Of a stretch of 64,000 nt of DNA, positions 54,105 to 64,000 are shown piece by piece (within the stretch, counting starts at the first letter, position 1; every line of letters begins with the position of its first letter). The notes under the pieces were generated by a model, which did not search any database, was not told the origin of the DNA, and was given only the letters and a program-made list of their open reading frames with translations. Location: NCBI RefSeq assembly GCF_009914755.1, contig NC_060946.1, one strand, 5' to 3'. The stretch is from the human T2T-CHM13v2.0 reference genome, Homo sapiens. The translations under genes and the position numbers were made by a program.

Positions 54105-57100
54105 GTGAGTGCATACGTCATAAAGGAGTTTCTGAGAATGTTTCTGTCTAGTGGTTGTGGGAAGATATTTGCTTTTTCACCGTAGGCCTCAGAGCGCTCC
54201 AAATATCCACTTGCACATACTACAAAAAGAGTGTTTCAAAGCTGCTCTCTGAAAGGGAATGTTCAAATCTATGAGTTGAATGCAAACATGACAAAGACGT
54301 TTCTGAGAATGCTTCTGTCTAGATTTGATATGAAGATATTCCCGTTTCCAACGAAATCTTCAAATCTATCCAAATGTCCACTTGCAGATTCAACAAAGTG
54401 TTTTTCAGAACTGCTCTATCAAAAGAAAGATCCACCTCTGTTAGCTGAGATCACACTTCACAAACAAGTTTATCAGAATGCTTCTGTCTAGTTTTTATTT
54501 GAAGATATATCCTTTCTCACTATAGACCTGAAAGCTGTCCTAAAGTTCACTTCCAGATACTACAGAAAGAGTGTTTCAAAACTGCTGTACGAAAGGGAAT
54601 GTTCAACTCTGTGACTTGAATGCACACATCACAAGGATGTTTCTGAGGATGCTGCTGTCTAATTTTTATACGTAATCCCGTTTCCAACGAAATCCTCCAA
54701 GCTATCCAAATATCCACTTGCAGATTCCACAGAAAGACTGTTTCAAAACTGCTCTGTCAATAGAAAGGTTCAACTCTATTAGCTGCGTACATATATCCCA
54801 AAGAAGATTCTGAGATTGCTTCTGTCTAGTTTTTATGGGAAGATATTTCCCTTTTCACCGTAGGTGTCAAGGCGCTCCAAATGTCCACTTCCAGATACTA
54901 CAAAAAGAGTGTTTCAAACCTACTCTGTGAAAGGGAATATTCAACTCTGTGACTTAAAGGCAGATATCACAAAGAAGTTTCTGAGAATGCTTCTGTCGAG
55001 ATTTTATATGAAGATATTCCCGTTTCCAACGAAATCCTGAAATCTATCCAAATATCCCCTCGCAGATTCTACAAAAAGAGTGTTTCAAAACTGCTCTGTA
55101 AAAAGAAAGGTTCAACTCTGTTAGTTGAGTACACACATCACAAACAAGTTTCACAGAATGCTTCTTTCTAGCTTGTAGGGGAAGATATTCCCTTTATCAC
55201 CATGGGCCTCAAACCGTCCGAAACGTCCACTTCCATATACTACAAAAAGAGTGTTTCAAACCTGCTCTATGAAAGGCAATGTTCAACTCTGTGACTTGAA
55301 TGCAGACATCACAGAGCAGTTTCTGAGAATGCTTCTGTCTAGATTTTATAGGAAGATATTCCCGTTTCCAACGAAATCTTCACAGGTATCCAAATATCCA
55401 CTTGCAGATTCTACAAAAAGAGTGTATCAAAACTGCTCTGTCAAAAGGAAGGTTCTTCTCTGTTAGGTGAGTGCATACGTCATAAAGGAGTTTCTGAGAA
55501 AGTTTCTGTCTAGTGGTTATGGGAAGATATTTGCTTTTTCACCGTAGGCCTCAGAGCGCTCCAAATATCCACTTGCACATACTACAAAAAGAGTGCTTCA
55601 AAGCTGCTCTCTGAAACGGAATGTTCAACTCTATGAGTTGAATGCAAACATCACAAAGACGTTTCTGAGAATGCTTCTGTCTAGATTTGATATGAAGATA
55701 TTCCCGTTTCCAAAGAAATCTTCAAATCTATCCAAATGTCCACTTGCAGATTCAACAAAAAGTGTTTTTCAGAACTGCTCTATCAAAAGAAAGATCCACG
55801 TGTGTTAGCTGAGTTCACACATCACAAACAAGTTTATGAGAATGCTTCTGTCTAGATTTGATATGAAGATATTCCCGTTTCCAACGAAATCTTCAAATCT
55901 ATCCAAATGTCCACTTGCAGATTCAACAAAAAGTGTTTTTCAGAACTGCTCTATCAAAAGAAAGATCCACGTGTGTTAGTTGAGTTCACACATCACAAAC
56001 AAGTTTATGAGAATGCTTCTGTCTAGTTTTTATTTGAAGATGCTTCCTTTCTCACCATAGACCTGAAAGCTGTCCTAATGTTCACTTCCAGATACTACAG
56101 AAAGAGTGTTTCAAAACTGCTGTACGAAAGGGAATGTTCAACTCTGTGACTTGAATGCACACATCACAAAGAAGTTTCTGAGGATGCTGCTGTCTACTTT
56201 TTATACGTAATCCCGTTTCCAACGAAATCCTCCAAGCTATCCAAATATCCACTTGCAGATTCCACAGAAAGACTGTTTCAAAACTGCTATGTCAATAGAA
56301 AAGTTCAACTCTGTTAGCTGTGTGCATATATCCCAAAGAAAATTCTGAGATTGCTTCTGTCTAGTTTTTATGGGAAGATATTTCCCTTTTCACCGTAGGC
56401 GTCAAGGCGCTCCAAATGTCCACTTCCAGATACTACAAAAAGAGTGTTTCAAACCTACTCTGTGAAAGGGAATATTCAACTCTGTGACTTAAAGGCAGAT
56501 ATCACAAAAAAGTTTCTGAGAATGCTTCTGTCGAGATTTTATATGAAGATATTCCCCTTTCCAACGAAATCCTGAAATCTATCCAAATATCCCCTCGCAG
56601 ATTCTACAAAAAGAGTGTTTCAAAACTGCTCTGTAAAAAGAAAGGTTCAACTCTGTTAGTTGAGTACACACATCACAAACAAGTTTCACAGAATGCTTCT
56701 TTCTAGCTTGTAGGGGAAGATATTCCCTTTATCACCATGGGCCTCAAACCGTCCGAAACGTCCACTTCCATATACTACAAAAAGAGTGTTTCAAACCTGC
56801 TCTATGAAAGGCAATGTTCAACTCTGTGACTTGAATGCAGACATCACAGAGCAGTTTCTGAGAATGCTTCTGTCTAGATTTTATAGGAAGATATTCCCGT
56901 TTCCAACGAAATCTTCACAGGTATCCAAATATCCACTTGCAGATTCTACAAAAAGAGTGTATCAAAACTGCTCTGTCAAAAGGAAGGTTCTTCTCTGTTA
57001 GGTGAGTGCATACGTCATAAAGGAGTTTCTGAGAATGTTTCTGTCTAGTGGTTATGGGAAGATATTTGCTTTTTCACCGTAGGCCTCAGAGCGCTCCAAA

Positions 57101-60100
57101 TATCCACTTGCACATACTACAAAAAGAGTGCTTCAAAGCTGCTCTCTGAAACGGAATGTTCAACTCTATGAGTTGAATGCAAACATGACAAAGACGTTTC
57201 TGAGAATGCTTCTGTCTAGATTTGATATGAAGATATTCCCGTTTCCAACGAAATCTTCAAATCTATCCAAATGTCCACTTGCAGATTCAACAAAGTGTTT
57301 TTCAGAACTGCTCTATCAAAAGAAAGATCCACCTCTGTTAGCTGAGTTCACACTTCACAAACAAGTTTATCAGAATGCTTCTGTCTAGTTTTTATTTGAA
57401 GATATATCCTTTCTCACTATAGACCTGAAAGCTGTCCTAATGTTCACTTCCAGATACTACAGAAAGAGTGTTTCAAAACTGCTGTACGAAAGGGAATGTT
57501 CAACTCTGTGACATGAATGCACACATCACAAAGTAGTTTCTGAGGATGCTGCTGTCTACTTTTTATACGTAATCCCGTTTCCAAGGAAATCCTCCAAGCT
57601 ATCCATATATCCACTTGCAGATTCCACAGAAAGACTGTTTCAAAACTGCTCTGTCAATAGAAAGGTTCAACTCTGTTAGCTGCGTGCATATATCCCAAAG
57701 AAGATTCTGAGATTGCTTCTGTCTTGTTTTTATGGGAAGATATTTCCCTTTTCACCGTAGGTGTCAAGGCGCTCCAAATGTCCACTTCCAGATACTACAG
57801 AAAGAGTGTTTCAAACCTACTCTGTGAAAGGGAATATTCAACTCTGTGACTTGAAGGCAGATATCACAAAGAAGTTTCTGAGAATGCTTCTGTCCAGATT
57901 TTATATGAAGATATTCCCCTTTCCAACGAAATCCTGAAATCTATCCAAATATCCCCTCGCAGATTCTACAAAAAGAGTGTTTCAAAACTGCTCTGTAAAA
58001 AGAAAGGTTCAACTCTGTTAGTTGAGTACACACATCACAAACAAGTTTCACAGAATGCTTCTTTCTACCTTGTAGGGGAAGATATTCCCTTTATCACCAT
58101 GGGCCTCAAACCGTCCGAAACGTCCACTTCCATATACTACAAAAAGAGCGTTTCAAACCTGCTCTATGAAAGGCAATGTTCAACTCTGTGACTTGAATGC
58201 AGACATCACAGAGCAGTTTCTGAGAATGCTTCTGTCTAGATTTTATAGGAAGATATTCCCGTTTCCAACAAAATCTTCACAGCTATCCAAATATCCACTT
58301 GCAGATTCTACAAAAAGAGTGTATCAAAACTGCTCTGTCAAAAGGAAGGTTCTTCTCCGTTAGGTGAGTGCATACGTCATAAAGGAGTTTCTGAGAATGT
58401 TTCTGTCTAGTGGTTATGGGAAGATATTTGCTTTTTCACCGTAGGCCTCAGAGCGCTCCAAATATCCACTTGCACATACTACAAAAAGAGTGTTTCAAAG
58501 CTGCTCTCTGAAAGGGAATGTTCAACTCTATGAGTTGAATGCAAACATGACAAAGACGTTTCTGAGAATGCTTCTGTCTAGATTTGATATGAAGATATTC
58601 CCGTTTCCAAAGAAATCTTCAAATCTATCCAAATGTCCACTTGCAGATTCAACAAAGTGTTTTTCAGAACTGCTCTATCAAAAGAAAGATCCACCTCTGT
58701 TAGCTGAGATCACACTTCACCAACAAGTTTATCAGAATGCTTCTGTCTAGCTTTTATTTGAAGATATATCCTTTCTCACTATAGACCTGAAAGCTCTCCT
58801 AAAGTTCACTTCCAGATACTACAGAAAGAGTGTTTCAAAACTGCTGTACGAAAGGGAATGTTCAACACTGTGACTTGAATGCACACATCACAAAGAAGTT
58901 TCTGAGGATGCTGCTGTCTACTTTTTATACGTAATCCCGTTTCCAACGAAATCCTCCAAGCTATCCAAATATCCACTTGCAGATTCCACAGAAAGACTGT
59001 TTCAAAACTGCTATGTCAATAGAAAAGTTCAACTCTGTTAGCTGTGTGCATATATCCCAAAGAAAATTCTGAGATTGCTTCTGTCTATTTTTTATGGGAA
59101 GATATTTCCCTTTTCACCGTAGGCGTCAAGGCGCTCCAAATGTCCACTTCCAGATACTACAAAAAGAGTGTTTCAAACCTACTCTGTGAAAGGGAATATT
59201 CAACTCTGTGACTTGAAGGCAGATATCACAAAGAAGTTTCTGAGAATGCTTCTGTCGAGATTTTATATGAAGATATTCCCCTTTCCAACGAAATCCTGAA
59301 ATCTATCCAAATATCCCCTCGCAGATTCTACAAAAAGAGTGTTTCAAAACTGCTCTGTAAAAAGAAAGGTTCAACTCTGTTAGTTGAGTACACACATCAC
59401 AAACAAGTTTCACAGAATGCTTCTTTCTAGCTTGTAGGGGAAGATATTCCCTTTATCACCATGGGCCTCAAACCGTCCGAAACGTCCACTTCCATATACT
59501 ACAAAAAGAGCGTTTCAAACCTGCTCTATGAAAGGCAATGTTCAACTCTGTGACTTGAATGCAGACATCACAGAGCAGTTTCTGAGAATGCTTCTGTCTA
59601 GATTTTATAGGAAGATATTCCCGTTTCCAGCGAAATCTTCACAGCTATCCAAATATCCACTTGCAGATTCTACAAAAAGAGTGTATCAAAACTGCTCTGT
59701 CAAATGGAAGGTTCTTCTCTGTTAGGTGAGTGCATACGTCATAAAGGAGTTTCTGAGAATGTTTCTGTCTAGTGGTTATGGGAAGATATTTTCTTTTTCA
59801 CCGTAGGCCTCAGAGCGCTCCAAATATCCACTTGCACATACTACAAAAAGAGTGTTTCAAAGCTGCTCTCTGAAAGGGAATGTTCAACTCTATGAGTTGA
59901 ATGCAAACATGACAAAGACGTTTCTGAGAATGCTTCTGTCTAGATTTGATATGAAGATATTCCCATTTCCAACGAAATCTTCAAATCTATCCAAATGTCC
60001 ACTTGCAGATTCAACAAAAAGTGTTTTTCAGAACTGCTCTATCAAAAGAAAGATCCACGTTCGTTAGCTGAGTTCACACATCACAAACAAGTTTATGAGA

Positions 60101-63100
60101 ATGCTTCTGTCTAGTTTTTATTTGAAGATATTTCCTTTCTCACCATAGACCTGAAAGCTATCCTAATGTTCACTTCCAGATACTACAGAATGAGTGTTTC
60201 AAAACTGCTGTACGAAAGGTGATGTTCAACTCTGTGACTTGAATGCACACATCACAAAGAAGTTTCTGAGGATGCTGCTGTCTACTTCTTATACGTAATC
60301 CCGTTTCCAACGAAATCCTCCAAGCTATCCAAATATCCACTTGCAGATTCCACAGAAAGACTGTTTCAAAACTGCTATGTCAATAGAAAGGTTCAACTCT
60401 GTTAGCTGTGTGCATATATCCCAAAGAAAATTCTGAGATTGCTTCTGTCTAGTTTTTATGGGAAGATATTTCCCTTTTCACCGTAGGCGTCAAGGCGCTC
60501 CAAATGTCCACTTCCAGATACTACAAAAAGAGTGTTTCAAACCTACTCTGTGAAAGGGAATATTCAACTCTGTGACTTGAAGGCAGATATCACAAAGAAG
60601 TTTCTGAGAATGCTTCTGTCGAGATTTTATATGAAGATATTCCCCTTTCCAACGAAATCCTGAAATCTATCCAAATATCCCCTCGCAGATTCTACAAAAA
60701 GAGTGTTTCAAAACTGCTCTGTAAAAAGAAAGGTTCAACTCTGTTAGTTGAGTACACACATCACAAACAAGTTTCACAGAATGCTTCTTTCTAGCTTGTA
60801 GGGGAAGATATTCCCTTTATCACCATGGGCCTCAAACCGTCCGAAACGTCCACTTCCATATACTACAAAAAGAGCGTTTCAAACCTGCTCTATGAAAGGC
60901 AATGTTCAACTCTGTGACTTGAATGCAGACATCACAGAGCAGTTTCTGAGAATGCTTCTGTCTAGATTTTATAGGAAGATATTCCCGTTTCCAACAAAAT
61001 CTTCACAGCTATCCAAATATCCACTTGCAGATTCTACAAAAAGAGTGTATCAAAACTGCTCTGTCAAAAGGAAGGTTCTTCTCTGTTAGGTGAGTGCATA
61101 CGTCATAAAGGAGTTTCTGAGAATGTTTCTGTCTAGTGGTTATGGGAAGATATTTGCTTTTTCACCGTAGGCTTCAGAGCGCTCCAAATATCCACTTGCA
61201 CATACTACAAAAAGAGTGTTTCAAAGCTGCTCTCTGAAATGGAATGTTCAACTCTATGAGTTGAATGCAAACATGACAAAGACGTTTCTGAGAATGCTTC
61301 TGTCTAGATTTGATATGAAGATATTCCCGTTTCCAAAGAAATCTTCAAATCTATCCAAATGTCCACTTGCAGATTCAACAAAGTGTTTTTCAGAACTGCT
61401 CTATCAAAAGAAAGATCCACCTCTGTTAGCTGAGATCACACTTCACAAACAAGTTTATCAGAATGCTTCTGTCTAGCTTTTATTTGAAGATATATCCTTT
61501 CTCACTATAGACCTGAAAGCTCTCCTAAAGTTCACTTCCAGATACTACAGAAAGAGTGTTTCAAAACTGCTGTACGAAAGGGAATGTTCAACTCTGTGAC
61601 TTGAATGCACACATCACAAGGATGTTTCTGAGGATGCTGCTGTCTACTTTTTATACGTAATCCCGTTTCCAACGAAATCCTCCAAGCTATCCAAATATCC
61701 ACTTGCAGATTCCACAGAAAGACTGTTTCAAAACTGCTCTGTCAATAGAAAGGTTCAACTCTATTAGCTGCGTACATATATCCCAAAGAAGATTCTGAGA
61801 TTGCTTCTGTCTAGTTTTTATGGGAAGATATTTCCCTTTTCACCGTAGGTGTCAAGGCGCTCCAAATGTCCACTTCCAGATACTACAAAAAGAGTGTTTC
61901 AAACCTACTCTGTGAAAGGGAATATTCAACTCTGTGACTTAAAGGCAGATATCACAAAGAAGTTTCTGAGAATGCTTCTGTCGAGATTTTATATGAAGAT
62001 ATTCCCCTTTCCAACGAAATCCTGAAATCTATCCAAATATCCCCTCGCAGATTCTACAAAAAGAGTGTTTCAAAACTGCTCTGTAAAAAGAAAGGTTCAA
62101 CTCTGTTAGTTGAGTACACACATCACAAACAAGTTTCACAGAATGCTTCTTTCTAGCTTGTAGGGGAAGATATTCCCTTTATCACCATGGGCCTCAAACC
62201 GTCCGAAACGTCCACTTCCATATACTACAAAAAGAGCGTTTCAAACCTGCTCTATGAAAGGCAATGTTCAACTCTGTGACTTGAATGCAGACATCACAGA
62301 GCAGTTTCTGAGAATGCTTCTGTCTAGATTTTATAGGAAGATATTCCCGTTTCCAGCGAAATCTTCACAGCTATCCAAATATCCACTTGCAGATTCTACA
62401 AAAAGAGTGTATCAAAACTGCTCTGTCAAAAGGAAGGTTCTTCTCTGTTAGGTGAGTGCATACGTCATAAAGGAGTTTCTGAGAATGTTTCTGTCTAGTG
62501 GTTATGGGAAGATATTTGCTTTTTCACCGTAGGCCTCAGAGCGCTCCAAATATCCACTTGCACATTCTACAAAAAGAGTGTTTCAAAGCTGCTCTCTGAA
62601 ACGGAATGTTCAACTCTATGAGTTGAATGCAAACATCACAAAGACGTTTCTGAGAATGCTTCTGTCTAGATTTGATATGAAGATATTCCCGTTTCCAACG
62701 AAATCTTCAAATCTATCCAAATGTCCACTTGCAGATTCAACAAAAAGTGTTTTTCAGAACTGCTCTATCAAAAGAAAGATCCACGTGTGTTAGCTGAGTT
62801 CACACATCACAAACAAGTTTATGAGAATGCTTCTGTCTAGTTTTTATTTGAAGATGTTTCCTTTCTCACCATAGACCTGAAAGCTGTCCTAATGTTCACT
62901 TCCAGATACTACAGAAAGAGTGTTTCAAAACTGCTGTACGAAAGGGAATGTTCAACTCTGTGACTTGAATGCACACATCACAAAGAAGTTTCTGAGGATG
63001 CTGCTGTCTACTTTTTATACGTAATCCCGTTTCCAACGAAATCCTCCAAGCTATCCAAATATCCACTTGCAGATTCCACAGAAAGACTGTTTCAAAACTG

Positions 63101-64000
63101 CTATGTCAATAGAAAAGTTCAACTCTGTTAGCTGTGTGCATATATCCCAAAGAAAATTCTGAGATTGCTTCTGTCTAGTTTTTATGGGAAGATATTTCCC
63201 TTTTCACCGTAGGCGTCAAGGCGCTCCAAATGTCCACTTCCAGATACTACAAAAAGAGTGTTTCAAACCTACTCTGTGAAAGGGAATATTCAACTCTGTG
63301 ACTTGAAGGCAGATATCACAAAGAAGTTTCTGAGAATGCTTCTGTCGAGATTTTATATGAAGATATTCCCCTTTCCAACGAAATCCTGAAATCTATCCAA
63401 ATATCCCCTCGCAGATTCTACAAAAAGAGTGTTTCAAAACTGCTCTGTAAAAAGAAAGGTTCAACTCTGTTAGTTGAGTACACACATCACAAACAAGTTT
63501 CACAGAATGCTTCTTTCTAGCTTGTAGGGGAAGATATTCCCTTTATCACCATGGGCCTCAAACCGTCCGAAACGTCCACTTCCATATACTACAAAAAGAG
63601 TGTTTCAAACCTGCTCTATGAAAGGCAATGTTCAACTCTGTGACTTGAATGCAGACATCACAGAGCAGTTTCTGAGAATGCTTCTGTCTACATTTTATAG
63701 CAAGATATTCCCGTTTCCAACGAAATCTTCACAGGTATCCAAATATCCACTTGCAGATTCTACAAAAAGAGTGTATCAAAACTGCTCTGTCAAAAGGAAG
63801 GTTCTTCTCTGTTAGGTGAGTGCATACGTCATAAAGGAGTTTCTGAGAATGTTTCTGTCTAGTGGTTATGGGAAGATATTTGCTTTTTCACCGTAGGCCT
63901 CAGAGCGCTCCAAATATCCACTTGCACATACTACAAAAAGAGTGCATCAAAGCTGCTCTCTGAAACGGAATGTTCAACTCTATGAGTTGAATGCAAACAT

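Larger units (their letters stand above)
18001..64000 (-). repeat. Homogeneous alpha-satellite HOR array, 8-mer (1362-1364 bp), ~34 copies; probably D14Z9/D22Z1 (S2C14/22H1-type)
   Basis: The landmark ggcctcaaaccgtccgaaacgtcc and the ORF-track echoes recur every 1362-1364 bp, with exceptions of 1356, 1535 and 1026 bp. Each unit has four B and four A monomers. The chromosome assignment is inferred from the SF2 8-mer size and recalled sequence (about 0.7 confidence on its own). Confidence 0.95.

Noticed and set aside
7697-63815. Dozens of similar 60-140 aa ORFs (MKGNVQLCDLNA..., MLQSCSLKGNV...) that look like a tandem gene family
   Set aside because: They are translations of alpha-satellite monomers and recur at the repeat period. 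Many start at GTG/TTG, they are freely frameshifted by indels, and there is no gene structure. I used them only as positional markers.
18001-64000. CRISPR-like or otherwise novel prokaryotic repeat system
   Set aside because: There are no unique spacers and no cas genes. The whole unit repeats and matches primate alpha satellite.

Overview
Primate (most likely human) centromere-edge sequence, with no prokaryotic or protein-coding genes. Almost all of it is 171-bp alpha satellite in one orientation (CENP-B box TTCGTTGGAAACGGGA on the minus strand), with alternating CENP-B-box and pJalpha-box monomers, which looks like suprachromosomal family 2 (SF2). A near-full-length, inactivated L1 (L1PA2/late L1PA3-like, minus strand, ~1103-7095) interrupts a divergent dimeric flank (1 to ~14.4 kb). 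A disordered transition zone (~14.4-18 kb) leads into a homogeneous 8-monomer higher-order repeat (HOR) of 1362-1364 bp. About 34 HOR copies run to the window end, and their size and type fit the chr14/chr22 D14Z9/D22Z1 array. The notable structure is in the repeat architecture: nested super-HOR duplications (4084, 4259, 2724 and 20273 bp), 9-mer and 6-mer variants, haplotype layers, systematic CENP-B box loss, and a decayed copy of the same 8-mer order in the flank. I found no evidence of a novel protein-coding system.
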